Notes: generated from the sequence alone by a model not told the origin. Counted from the stretch's first letter, positions 1-9,795 are shown. The stretch is DNA of 64,000 bases from Candidatus Eiseniibacteriota bacterium (GCA_903844735.1 CAIMUX010000080.1:18820-82819), one strand, 5' to 3'. Translations and numbers: made by a program.

Positions 1-2
1 GT

Positions 3-929
3 GGGCCAAGCCTGGCTCCGGGCGACGCGCTGCGAGTCCTGCGCGAGATCCGAGAGCGGTACGATCCCCGCACCATCACCGTGGCCCTATCCGGCGGAGA
101 ACCTCTGTGTTATCCGGAGCTCTTCTCGCTGGGACGCGCAATCACCGACCTCGAGTTCCCGTGGGGCATGGTGACCAACGGCTATGGCTGGACCCCCACC
201 AAGGTCTTGCAAGCCCGCGCTGCGGGGATGCAGTCGATTTCGGTCAGCCTTGACGGGCTTGAGGCGGAGCACGACTGGCTGCGCGGGCGCACCGGGTCAT
301 TCCGACGGGCGGTCGACGCCATTTCGATGTTGCTCCGCGATCCGTCCCGGCAGGCGATGGATGTCGTCACGTGCGTACACCCGCGCAATCTGCCTGTTCT
401 CGAGAAGCTGCAAGGACTCCTGCGGGCGCTGGGCGTGCGGGACTGGCGACTCTTCACTATTTCGCCGATCGGTCGGGCGGCGCGCGATCCCGAGCTTCTC
501 CTCGATCCGCCGCAGTTCCGGGAGCTTCTGGCGACAATCGAGCGCCTGCGGGACCGCGACGGCATCCACGTCAATTTCTCGGAATCCGGCTACCTGGGTC
601 CCCGGTACGAGTGCCGGGTGCGCGACACGGCCTACTTCTGCCGGGCCGGAATCACGGTTGCGGGAATCATGGCCAACGGCGACATCCTCGCCTGTCCCAA
701 CATCGATCGGAGCCTTCGGCAGGGAAACATCGCCGTCGACTCGTTTGTGGAAACCTGGGAGACGCGCTACCAGCCGTTTCGCGAGCGATCCTGGATGCGC
801 ACCGGCGACTGCGTGTCCTGTGGCGAGTGGTCGCACTGTCAGGGGAACTCACTCCACCTGTGGGATCCCGAGGCGCGTCGGACACGACTGTGCCACTACC
901 GGGCCTACGGGTTGCTCGAACAGGGATAA
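3..929 (+). CDS. Radical SAM/SPASM-domain protein, 5'-truncated by the window edge
   Basis: Frame is open from base 3. Contains SGGEP, VTNG, SVSLDG and HDWLRG radical SAM motifs, and SPASM cysteines (CRAG...GDILACP, CxxCxxxxxCxG). The CxxxCxxC motif lies upstream of the window. Confidence 0.85.
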   Translation, partial: GPSLAPGDALRVLREIRERYDPRTITVALSGGEPLCYPELFSLGRAITDLEFPWGMVTNGYGWTPTKVLQARAAGMQSISVSLDGLEAEHDWLRGRTGSFRRAVDAISMLLRDPSRQAMDVVTCVHPRNLPVLEKLQGLLRALGVRDWRLFTISPIGRAARDPELLLDPPQFRELLATIERLRDRDGIHVNFSESGYLGPRYECRVRDTAYFCRAGITVAGIMANGDILACPNIDRSLRQGNIAVDSFVETWETRYQPFRERSWMRTGDCVSCGEWSHCQGNSLHLWDPEARRTRLCHYRAYGLLEQG

Positions 930-1090
930 GAGGCGGCGGCCCGCCCGTCGCTATCACGGCGGACATGGACTCATCCGAGGCCGACATGCGACACGCCGTA
1001 CGGTGATGGTTTCAGCAAGGAAGAACTGCATGCGCTGTTCACAGAGAGCGGGCTGGTGGGGGCGGACAGCTTCGTGTCTCCCGGATCCGG

Positions 1091-2110
1091 CTAGTCCGGC
1101 CGCCGCTCGACCGTCGGATTCCTGCCGGGCGTCCACGTCCGGCTGGCTCCGTTGGCCCACTCAGTACGCTGGCCACCGTCGCGATAGGTCGTTCGTTTGT
1201 CTCCGTTGGAGAAGAGGTAGGTTTCCGTCCCGTCGGCTTGGGTCGATCTTCGGTCGCCGCTCGGGTAGCTGACCTGCTCCGTGCCATCGGTCGCTTGGAC
1301 CACGCGGCTCCCGTCGGCGTATCGGATTTCTTCTCTACCATCGGGCCCCGTGATTCTCTCGTACCCATCCCGGGGCGCGGACCTGAACTTCCGCCTGCCG
1401 TCCGGATAGCGGACCTCCTGGGCGCCACTTTGGTAGGCGAGCTCGCGCCGGCCGTCGGGGAAGAATCGGTACTGTCCGTCGCGCGCTTCCCGCTGCACGA
1501 TCCGAGGGGGATACCAGGCGGCCTCGGCCTCCACGAGGCGGTAGTTGCTCGCGGAGTCGAAGATCTCGCGGTCTCCCCAGACCCAGAGGAACTCCCGCCT
1601 CCCATCGCGTGAAGAGACCACTCGGTCGCCCAGCGCCCCCACGTACACGAACGAGCCGTCCATGCGGCGATGGCCAAACGTGTACGGAACCCATAGACAC
1701 GTGTCGGGGCCACCGTTCCGCAGGATGGCGCTCCATCGCAAGAGGTCCGGCTCCCGGAACATGGCTGCCCGTTGCGTGGAGTCGTCGTCCTCCAGCAGTT
1801 TGAAGTCGAGGGTCTCATATCCCAAAGAGGCCCCCTTGCCGTAGATCCTGGTTACCAGATGAAACGTGTCGACGAAGTGAAACGAGCGGAGCGGGTCGGA
1901 GGGGAGCCCGCCGACATCGGCATAGTAGGTCTCGATGAAGGCGTGACGACCGCCTCGGCCGAGCCTTCCCCAACCGCAGTCCGGAGGCACGACACAGCCC
2001 ATCCGGCGCGCGGAGAGAGTCGGATGTTTGCGTTCATCCATCCACCGCTCTTGTTCCCCCCTCGCGCGGTCTCGCAATCTTGGTGCCTTGCCGGATCCGC
2101 CCGCTCCCAC
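1091..2110 (-). CDS. Hypothetical protein with C-terminal (Y/F)(P/A)(D/N)G beta-hairpin repeats (Tcp10_C/G-box-like); start uncertain
   Basis: 339-aa ORF ending in about 12 repeats such as FFPDG, RYPDG, RYADG, SYPSG, LFSNG, TYRDG, EWANG. Confidence 0.6.
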   Translation of the reverse strand: MGAGGSGKAPRLRDRARGEQERWMDERKHPTLSARRMGCVVPPDCGWGRLGRGGRHAFIETYYADVGGLPSDPLRSFHFVDTFHLVTRIYGKGASLGYETLDFKLLEDDDSTQRAAMFREPDLLRWSAILRNGGPDTCLWVPYTFGHRRMDGSFVYVGALGDRVVSSRDGRREFLWVWGDREIFDSASNYRLVEAEAAWYPPRIVQREARDGQYRFFPDGRRELAYQSGAQEVRYPDGRRKFRSAPRDGYERITGPDGREEIRYADGSRVVQATDGTEQVSYPSGDRRSTQADGTETYLFSNGDKRTTYRDGGQRTEWANGASRTWTPGRNPTVERRPD

Positions 2111-2311
2111 TGGTTCTTGCGTCCGGCGAGGCGACCGTCAACCACGATCCCGCTCCCCGTCCCGGTCCCGACGAACAACCCAAAGACGACGCGTGATCAC
2201 GCGGCAGCGCCTTCCACCGTGCTTCTTGGGGGGGGTCTCCGAGAGGGCGGATCTGTCAAGTGAGGGTGTGATCCAAGCGCGTGAAACCATCGGCCTCGGC
2301 GGCTGAAAAGG

Positions 2312-3550
2312 TTACGCCCTCGAAAACAACAGGACGCTGTTCTGACCACCGAAGCCGAAAGAGTTGGACACGGCCGCTTTGACCTTCACCTTTCTGGCCT
2401 CGTTCGGAACAATGTCCAGATCGCAATCTGGATCCAATGCTTGGTAGTTGATCGTCGGCGGGAGAACGCCGTAGTAGATCGAAAGGACTGTGGCTGCCGC
2501 TTCAATCCCGCCGGCGGCCCCGAGCGTGTGGCCGATCATGGATTTGGTCGAACTGATCGGTATTTGATAGGCGCTGCTACCAAAACACCTCTTGATGGCA
2601 ATCGTTTCTGTTTTGTCGTTCACTCTTGTCGAGGTTCCGTGCGCATTGATATAGCCGATATCCGATCCTTTGACACCGGATCCATCGATGGCATTTTCTA
2701 TCGCTCGGGCGGCCCAGATTCCTTCCGGTTCTGGAATTGCGATGCTATAAGCGTCTGACGTCATGCCGAAACCCGACAGGACCGCCAGGGGCTCGGCACC
2801 GCGCTTTCTTGCGCTTTCGTACTTTTCCAGGACGAGCACGCCGGAACCTTCCCCAATTACGAAACCGTCCCTTCCGGCGTCGAAAGGTCTTGAAGCGGTT
2901 TCAGGGTCGTCATTCCTCGAGGTCAGCACCCCCATGCAAGCATACGCGTCTACGACCAACGGTGTGATCGTGGACTCCGAACCTCCGGCCAGCATGATGT
3001 CGGCCTGCCCCAGTCTGAGCATACCCATCGCGATGCCGATGGCATGAGAACCGGAGGAGCATGCGGTCGCGACGCCGATATTCGGGCCGTGGATTCCAAG
3101 ATCGATTGCGATATTCGCCGAAGACATATTGGGTATGATCTTGGGAACAGCAAACGGTTTGCAGAATCCCGGTCCTTTCTCTAAGAATACTTTGTGTTGG
3201 GACTCGATGTCCTCATAGTCTCCGGCGGCCGAACCTATGACACAACCGATCCGTGCCGAATTCTCTCTATCCAGTTGTATACCCGCGTCCGCTATTGCCT
3301 GAAAGGCCGCGCAAACCGCCAACTGGGAAAACCGCCCCATCCTGCCCGCCCTCTTGCCCGTCACATATTTCAGCGGGTCGAAGTTCTTGACTTCGGAAGC
3401 GACCTGGCATTTCTGCCCGGCTGGATCAAAGGCACGAATCGTGTCGGCACCGGAAACCCCGCTGGTCAGAGCTTCCCAGAACTCTTTCCGATTCTGGCCA
3501 ATAGAGGTATAGACACCGATTCCAGTAACAACAATGTCTTCCGGTTTCAT
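2312..3550 (-). CDS. fabF: Beta-ketoacyl-ACP synthase II
   Basis: VVTGIG N-terminus, catalytic TACSSG, HGTST, KSMIGHTLGAAG and SNSFGFGG motifs. Confidence 0.93.
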   Translation of the reverse strand: MKPEDIVVTGIGVYTSIGQNRKEFWEALTSGVSGADTIRAFDPAGQKCQVASEVKNFDPLKYVTGKRAGRMGRFSQLAVCAAFQAIADAGIQLDRENSARIGCVIGSAAGDYEDIESQHKVFLEKGPGFCKPFAVPKIIPNMSSANIAIDLGIHGPNIGVATACSSGSHAIGIAMGMLRLGQADIMLAGGSESTITPLVVDAYACMGVLTSRNDDPETASRPFDAGRDGFVIGEGSGVLVLEKYESARKRGAEPLAVLSGFGMTSDAYSIAIPEPEGIWAARAIENAIDGSGVKGSDIGYINAHGTSTRVNDKTETIAIKRCFGSSAYQIPISSTKSMIGHTLGAAGGIEAAATVLSIYYGVLPPTINYQALDPDCDLDIVPNEARKVKVKAAVSNSFGFGGQNSVLLFSRA

Positions 3551-3611
3551 GGTCTAATCATCCCCCGAGAATGACCCGGCATGTGCAGGACATGGTCGAA
3601 CTCTGCTCGCC

Positions 3612-4679
3612 TCACAACCACCTGTTCAGGCGGTACCAGTTCAGGGTCCCTTCGAGCCCGCGCGCCAAGGAATAGCGCGGGGCGAACCCCCACTCCCGAC
3701 GGGCCTTTTCCGGCAGACAGACCCAATGTGCCTGCCAGAGGTCCTCGACCTTGGCCCGGCTGAAGACGGCCGGGTTGCGGGCGATTGCCCCCCAGGCTTC
3801 CCCCAGGGAAGCTACCAACTTCGCCGCGAAGTGCGACACCCGTACCGTCCGCACCTGGGCCGCCATCAACTGGGCGGCCAGTTCACCCACCTCGTTCCAG
3901 GAGTACTCATCGCCGTCGGAGACGTAGTAGGTCCCGCGCGCACCGACCTCCGCGGCCTTGAGTGCTGCGTCGACTAAGTCCTCGACATGGATGAGGCTGA
4001 AACGCGTCGTCGTCCCGCGGGGCATCGGCAGGATGCCGTGGTGAATCCAGCGAAAGAGGACGATCAGCCCCTCGTCTCGCGGACCGTAGACGACAGGAGG
4101 GCGTAGAATGACGTATCGAAACCGGGTGTGAGCGTCGGCCACCTCTCGCAGCGCGATCTCCCCCTGTAGCTTGCTGCGTCCGTAGGGAGTCACCGGGGTC
4201 GGTGGATCGCCCTCGGTCCGCACGGGTGCGGGGTCGCGCTCCACTGGGATCCCCGGCCCCCCGGCCGCCATGCTGCTGCAATAGACGAAAAAGGCGCCCG
4301 GCACGGCGCGCTCGGCCACCGCCTCGGCGAGATTGCGCGTCCCCTGGGCGTTTGCCTCCATGAACTCGGAGGAACTGAGCGCCCGTGTCAGGCCACCGAA
4401 GTGGAAGACCCCGCGCACGCCCACGCAGGCCCCAGCCAGCGAAGCCTTGTCGCGGATGTCGCCATAGGCGTACTCGACCGGCTGCCCCTCCAACCATCGC
4501 AGGCTGCTGGACTTGCGGAGGAGGAGCCGCACCCGCCAGCCGCGTTGCACCAGCCTCTCCACGAGGTGCGAGCCGACGAAGCCGGTCCCGCCAGTGACGA
4601 GAACTCGCCCCGGCTTGGCGAAGAGGTCGTCCTGCTTGCCGGTGGCGCCCGGCGTGATGCGGGTATCCGGGATCGACAT
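3612..4679 (-). CDS. NAD-dependent epimerase/dehydratase (extended SDR), possible ketosphinganine/ceramide reductase
   Basis: TGGTGFVG Rossmann motif, YGRSK (YxxxK) and RPPVVYGP; lies directly downstream of the spt-like gene. Confidence 0.85.
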   Translation of the reverse strand: MSIPDTRITPGATGKQDDLFAKPGRVLVTGGTGFVGSHLVERLVQRGWRVRLLLRKSSSLRWLEGQPVEYAYGDIRDKASLAGACVGVRGVFHFGGLTRALSSSEFMEANAQGTRNLAEAVAERAVPGAFFVYCSSMAAGGPGIPVERDPAPVRTEGDPPTPVTPYGRSKLQGEIALREVADAHTRFRYVILRPPVVYGPRDEGLIVLFRWIHHGILPMPRGTTTRFSLIHVEDLVDAALKAAEVGARGTYYVSDGDEYSWNEVGELAAQLMAAQVRTVRVSHFAAKLVASLGEAWGAIARNPAVFSRAKVEDLWQAHWVCLPEKARREWGFAPRYSLARGLEGTLNWYRLNRWL

Positions 4680-4698
4680 GGTTCCCCCGGTTACCCGG

Positions 4699-5946
4699 TT
4701 AGATGAGGCCGACCTGACGACCTGCCCGGCCGAAGATCTCCAGGGCCTCGTCGATCAAAGCGGCGGTGTGTGTGGCCATGAGGCTGGTGCGAATGCGCGC
4801 GCTATTCTCCGGCACCGCAGGCGCGATCACCGGGTTGGTGAAGATTCCCATCTCGAAGAGAACCTTCCAAAAGAAGAAGGTGCGCACGTTGTCTCCCACG
4901 ATGATGGGGATGATAGGGGTAACAGAGAGCCCGGTATCGAATCCGAGCGATTGCAGCCCGGCCTTCAGCCGATCGGCGTTGCGCCACAACCGTTCCCGCC
5001 GGTCCGGCTCGCTCTTCAAGATGCGCAGGCACTCCCGCACCGTGGCCACCGCGTAGGGGGGCATGGAGGCGCTGAAGATCATGGTGCGGGCCATGTGCTT
5101 GATGTAGTGGATGACATTCTCGTCAGCCGCGGCCACCCCTCCGATGGAGGCGAACGACTTGCTGAACGTCCCCATCAGGAGGTCGGATTGAGGGGTCAGG
5201 CCGAAGTGCTCGTGCACACCCGCCCCGGTGGCGCCGATGACACCCATGGAGTGCGCTTCATCGATGAGGATGCGGCCCCCGAAACGGTGCACCAGAGGCA
5301 CAAGGTGCGGCAGGTCGGCCAGATCGCCCTCCATGCTGAAGATACCGTCGACGACAATGAGCAGGCCGGCGACCGGGTGCTCGCGCCGCGCCCGCTCCAG
5401 CACGCGTTCGAGGTGCGTCATGTCGTTGTGGTTGTACCGATACACCCTCGCCTGGGAAAGGATGGCGCCGTCGACGATGCAAGCGTGGTCAAGCTTGTCG
5501 ATGATGATGACATCGCCCCGTCCGGCCAGCGAGGAAATGATGCCGAGGTTGGTCTGGAAGCCGGTGGAGAAGACCAGGGCCGCCTCCTTCCCCAGGAAAC
5601 CGGCCAGCTCCGCCTCGAGCTTCTCGTGGATGTCGAGGGTGCCGTTGAGGAAGCGGCTCCCGGTGCACCCGGTGCCGTACCGGCGGGCCGCCTTTTGCGC
5701 CGCTTCCATCACCCTCGGGTCGTGCGTCAGTCCGAGGTAGTTGTTCGAGCCGAGCATGATCTTCCGCCGGCCCTCGACGTGGACCTCGGTTCCCTCCGAT
5801 CCCATGATGGGAACGAAGTAGGGATACAGCCCGGCCGCCTGGGCCTCGCGGGCCCGGGTGAAGCGGCGACACTTCTCGAAGAGATCTTCGGGGGCGGCGG
5901 TCGGATCGGGCACCACCTGCCCGCCCCTGGGCTGTCTGACTCCCAT
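4699..5946 (-). CDS. spt: PLP-dependent alpha-oxoamine synthase, serine palmitoyltransferase-like
   Basis: GLYPYF, MLGSNNYLGL, GCTGSRFLNGT, DEAHS and the PLP lysine in GTFSKS, typical of bacterial Spt. Start chosen at ATG 5946 after an AAGGGA RBS. Confidence 0.75.
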   Translation of the reverse strand: MGVRQPRGGQVVPDPTAAPEDLFEKCRRFTRAREAQAAGLYPYFVPIMGSEGTEVHVEGRRKIMLGSNNYLGLTHDPRVMEAAQKAARRYGTGCTGSRFLNGTLDIHEKLEAELAGFLGKEAALVFSTGFQTNLGIISSLAGRGDVIIIDKLDHACIVDGAILSQARVYRYNHNDMTHLERVLERARREHPVAGLLIVVDGIFSMEGDLADLPHLVPLVHRFGGRILIDEAHSMGVIGATGAGVHEHFGLTPQSDLLMGTFSKSFASIGGVAAADENVIHYIKHMARTMIFSASMPPYAVATVRECLRILKSEPDRRERLWRNADRLKAGLQSLGFDTGLSVTPIIPIIVGDNVRTFFFWKVLFEMGIFTNPVIAPAVPENSARIRTSLMATHTAALIDEALEIFGRAGRQVGLI

Positions 5947-5980
5947 GCCTATCCCTTCTTTCTGGTTGAATCGTCGCGTC

Positions 5981-6009
5981 ATGCTAGGGTCCGAGCCCCG
6001 GTGAGTCAA
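5981..6009 (-). promoter_or_regulatory. Putative sigma70 promoter for the spt operon
   Basis: TTGACT-17 bp-TAGCAT on the minus strand, 35 bp upstream of the start codon. Confidence 0.5.
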
Positions 6010-6024
6010 GGCTGCGCGGTCCGT

Positions 6025-6123
6025 CTGAGATTCGGAGGGAACGAACACGAATGGCTTCGGACTTCGGGCTTCTGAATCCTGACTTCTGTCTGGGCCGCAG
6101 GGCATCGAGCCGTTTCTGGGGGC
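6025..6123 (+). repeat. CTGAG-family heptamer-repeat element (partial copy)
   Basis: 6025-6045 is identical to the reverse complement of 59999-60019. Heptamers GCTTCGG/ACTTCGG/GCTTCTG follow, then AGCCGTTTCTGG, which is also shared with the 59.9-kb copy. Confidence 0.75.
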
Positions 6124-6212
6124 CATGCGGATGGGGTGGTATCCTGTTTTCGGTCCCGGAGCCGCAGATTCGTCCCCGAGCCGGCCGCCGTCTCCTAACA
6201 GGAGCAGACCGC

Positions 6213-9200
6213 ATGCCGAAGCCCTGGCCCCTCATACTGACTCTTCTTCTGACGATCAGCGCCGGCCTCCGCCTCTTTGCCATCGACGTCGCCCGGGCCG
6301 TGGAGGACGCCGACGCCGACTGGCAGCCCGGCCTTAACGCCCCGGGAATGGACGGAAGGGCGATGGCTTTCTGTGAGTACCGCGGCGATCTGGTGATCGG
6401 CGGTTCGTTCCACACGATCGGCTCGCAGGTCATCGAACATGTCGCCCGCTGGGACGGCACGGCGTGGCGCGCGTGTGGCGCCGGGGTGAACGGCGCCGTG
6501 AGTCAACTGACCGTTCAGGGAGACAGACTGCTGGCCGCCGGGGATTTCACGGAGGCCGGGGGGGCGCCGGCGAACCACATCGCCTCTTGGGACGGGGCTG
6601 CCTGGCGTCCCCTAGGGGATGGAGTCGGTGGAACGCCACAGGCCTTGGCCGTTTATCGGGACACACTGTTCGTAGGCGGCTCGTTCAGCCGCGCGGGCCA
6701 CCTTGCGGTGAGGGGCATCGCACGGTGGGACGGGGAGACATGGCACGACGGGCTCGCCTTGGCTCCCGAAGGGCCGGACATCGCTATCACGAACCTGGCC
6801 GTCGCGGGTGGACACCTGGTCGCAACCTGGCAGGAAGTTCCCTCGGGCGATCCTGACGACGTTCCTGTGTTCGCTGAACCGCATCCGGTGCTCTGGAGCG
6901 GCAAGGGCTGGGACTCTATCTCCTACGGCCTCCGCAGCTATCCGGACCACCTGGCGGTCCTCGGCGACAGTTTGTATGCCGCCGGATACCACTCTCTTGA
7001 CGCGGAGGGGCTCCCGCCGGCCGGGTACTACGTCACTCGCTGGACTGGCACGGAGTGGCTGCCCCTCGGCCGCGAGTGGGGGGGCGATCCGGGCATCCCG
7101 GTTGGGCACGCCGGCAATCTCTACCTGGCTCGCCGGGGCGCTCTCTACCAGTGGACGGGCACGGAATGGATCGTCGCGTCGCGGCCCCAATCTGCCAACT
7201 TCGACGTGCTCTTCTCGGGAAGCGACGGCCTCTATTCCGGCGGCGCCTGGGTCGTGGACGGCCTCGGAACCGACACCCGGACAGCGCGCGGGCTCGCTCG
7301 CTGGGACGGCACTGCGTGGCTGGGGGTGGGCGACCAGGCGGGAGGCGGCCTCAACCTCTGGCAGGGCACACCGCAGGTGATCCTCGCGGCCGCCGGCGAC
7401 GGATTCAGCGCCGCCGGAACCTTCCTACGGGTCGGCGATCTCCAGGCTTTCGGCCTGGCCCAGTGGGATGGGTCGTCCTGGTGGCTGCTACCCGACGGTG
7501 CTGGCCCGTTTCGAGCAAACGCCTTCTTTGATCTCGGTGGGCGCCTCACGGCGGTCGCGGACGAACTCTTCGGCACCGGATGCTGGGTCCGCACCCTCGA
7601 AGATTCCCGGTGGAAAGACCTTGCCTGGTTCCAGGGGCGGGTGCTCTCCATCACGCCGTGGCGGGAACATCTCGTCGTCGGCGGCGATTTCGCCCCCGAA
7701 CACATCCAGGTCGCCCCGCAGGTGATCATCGACCCCGATATCGTGCTGCAATCGCTGGGTGGTGGGCTCAACGGGACCGTCCGCGCAACCTGCCCACTCG
7801 AAGCGTCCGTGGTCGCCTCCGGAGATTTCAGTGCCACCACCGACGGCCGGGTTCAACTCCGGAATGTCGGTCTTTGGGACGGCTCGACCTGGCAGCCGCT
7901 GGGTGATGGGCTCCCGACCTCCGCCATCACGCTCGAACCGTTCGCGGGCGGTGTTGCCGCAGCCTTGGGCGACGGCGTGCTTCACTGGAACGGGGCCGCC
8001 TGGGTGAGGCTGGGGGATATCTTCGACGGACCCGTCCTGGCGCTCGCCGTGTTCGAAGGTGAGCTGATAGCGGGCGGCGCATTCGCGCACGCTGAGGGCG
8101 TGCGTCTGGGCGGACTGGCGCGCTGGCGAGATGGCCGGTGGCAGCCGATCGGCTCCGGGATGAACGGTGATGTCCAGGACCTGCTCGTGAACGGCGAAGA
8201 ATTCTGGGCAAGCGGCGCCTTCACCGCGGCCGGGAGCGTTCCCTCGTCCGGCATCGCGAACTGGCGGGAGTTGCGCGCCGGAGTCGAGAGCTTCTACGCC
8301 CATGTGCTGCAGGATTCGGTGACTCTCTCGTGGCGCGATCCGGAGAGCTCCACCCACCGGTCCACCGTGGTGCGCTGGTCGCCCTACCGGTATCCCGCCG
8401 ACCCACAGGACGGTACTCCACTGCCCTTCGGTGGGGATGGACTGTTCCCGGCCTCCTCCGGCACCGTGCATTCATTCCGCCTCGCGTTACCGCTCGATGG
8501 CGGGCGCGCGCTCTACAGCGTCTTTGCGATCCATGCCGACGGACGCTCCTCGGCGCCGGGGCACGCACGTGTGCGGATGCCGGACCGGACACCTCCGGCG
8601 ATCCTCCTGCGGATTCAGCGACTCGCGGACGGTGCGCCCCGGCTGGCCATTGCCGTGCGTTGCAGCGAGCCACTCGTTCCGACAGGAGTGGCGGTCAGGC
8701 TTGGCTCGACGATCGTGCAGATGGCACGGGGAGACGACACCGGTACGCTCTGGACCGGGACGGCGACAGTTGTTGCTCCTAGTTCGAGCCTCCTCACCGT
8801 CTGCGTCCACGACTCGTCTGGCAACGAGACCTGCGCGGAACGGGGCGTAGCCGTGGCCATCGGTCGTCCGTTTAAGGCCGGGCGTTGCCTGGTCCCCGAC
8901 GGGAGCTTGCTCGTCGAGTGGTCCGCGGACACGTTCGCGTCGGAAGGTCTGGTGACTGTGATCTGCCGGGAGTCCGTCCCTCCGGCCTTCGAGGTGATAG
9001 CACACGAAATGCCGTTCACACCCCTCATCCTGTCGTTCCGCTTCCGCCCTGACGACTCAGGAAACGACGACCCTCGGCGTCTCGGTGTTCTCACGCCCAA
9101 CGGCTCTGTACAAGGCGGGGTTTACGACCGCGATTCCGGACGGTTAGTCCTCCGCGCACCCTCTCCGGGCATCTATCAGCTCGTCTGGGCCCCGGAGGAA

Positions 9201-9671
9201 CTGAGCACCCTCGCCGATCCGCGCTTCCTCGTCGTCGCACCACCCGCCCCGAACCCTTTCCGTAGCGGGACATCGATCCGACTCGACCTGCTGGCGCGCC
9301 GACGGGTGCGCGTCACGGTACACGATGTCGGGGGACGCACCGTGGCCGTACTCTTCGACGGCCTGGCGGGTCCGGGCGAGGAGACGATTCGGTGGGATGG
9401 GCGCCGGCGAGAGAACGCGAACGCGTCAGGCGCCGAGTGCGGGACCGCCGGACTCGCCCGATTCCCTAGCCTCGGGCTCTCTGACGCCGGGCTCTCCGGT
9501 GCCGGGCGGTCTGACGTCGGGCCCACCGCCCCCGGGTCACCTGGCGTCGGTTTCGCCGGGACCGGGATCAATGGCGCCGGCAACGGGCGCGCCCTTCCCT
9601 CCGGGGTCTACTTCGCCCGCGTGCAGACCGACTTCACGACCCGGACGGTGCGATTGGTCAAAGTGCGCTGA
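6213..9671 (+). CDS. Large secreted beta-propeller repeat protein with Ig-like domains and a C-terminal FlgD-Ig/T9SS-like sorting domain
   Basis: AGGAG RBS and signal peptide; about 11 W(D/T)GxxW repeats; C-terminus PNPF...HDVGGRTV...WDG...PSGVYFARV. Confidence 0.8.
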   Translation: MPKPWPLILTLLLTISAGLRLFAIDVARAVEDADADWQPGLNAPGMDGRAMAFCEYRGDLVIGGSFHTIGSQVIEHVARWDGTAWRACGAGVNGAVSQLTVQGDRLLAAGDFTEAGGAPANHIASWDGAAWRPLGDGVGGTPQALAVYRDTLFVGGSFSRAGHLAVRGIARWDGETWHDGLALAPEGPDIAITNLAVAGGHLVATWQEVPSGDPDDVPVFAEPHPVLWSGKGWDSISYGLRSYPDHLAVLGDSLYAAGYHSLDAEGLPPAGYYVTRWTGTEWLPLGREWGGDPGIPVGHAGNLYLARRGALYQWTGTEWIVASRPQSANFDVLFSGSDGLYSGGAWVVDGLGTDTRTARGLARWDGTAWLGVGDQAGGGLNLWQGTPQVILAAAGDGFSAAGTFLRVGDLQAFGLAQWDGSSWWLLPDGAGPFRANAFFDLGGRLTAVADELFGTGCWVRTLEDSRWKDLAWFQGRVLSITPWREHLVVGGDFAPEHIQVAPQVIIDPDIVLQSLGGGLNGTVRATCPLEASVVASGDFSATTDGRVQLRNVGLWDGSTWQPLGDGLPTSAITLEPFAGGVAAALGDGVLHWNGAAWVRLGDIFDGPVLALAVFEGELIAGGAFAHAEGVRLGGLARWRDGRWQPIGSGMNGDVQDLLVNGEEFWASGAFTAAGSVPSSGIANWRELRAGVESFYAHVLQDSVTLSWRDPESSTHRSTVVRWSPYRYPADPQDGTPLPFGGDGLFPASSGTVHSFRLALPLDGGRALYSVFAIHADGRSSAPGHARVRMPDRTPPAILLRIQRLADGAPRLAIAVRCSEPLVPTGVAVRLGSTIVQMARGDDTGTLWTGTATVVAPSSSLLTVCVHDSSGNETCAERGVAVAIGRPFKAGRCLVPDGSLLVEWSADTFASEGLVTVICRESVPPAFEVIAHEMPFTPLILSFRFRPDDSGNDDPRRLGVLTPNGSVQGGVYDRDSGRLVLRAPSPGIYQLVWAPEELSTLADPRFLVVAPPAPNPFRSGTSIRLDLLARRRVRVTVHDVGGRTVAVLFDGLAGPGEETIRWDGRRRENANASGAECGTAGLARFPSLGLSDAGLSGAGRSDVGPTAPGSPGVGFAGTGINGAGNGRALPSGVYFARVQTDFTTRTVRLVKVR

Positions 9672-9795
9672 CCGGGAATGACGCCTCAGTCCAGCGCTCT
9701 GACCCACAACGGCAAGAATCACCGCTGCGCTGATCAGCCCGCTCCGCTATCCTGTGCCCGGCCCGCCCGCGGGATACCAGTTGGAGGAATGTCTC

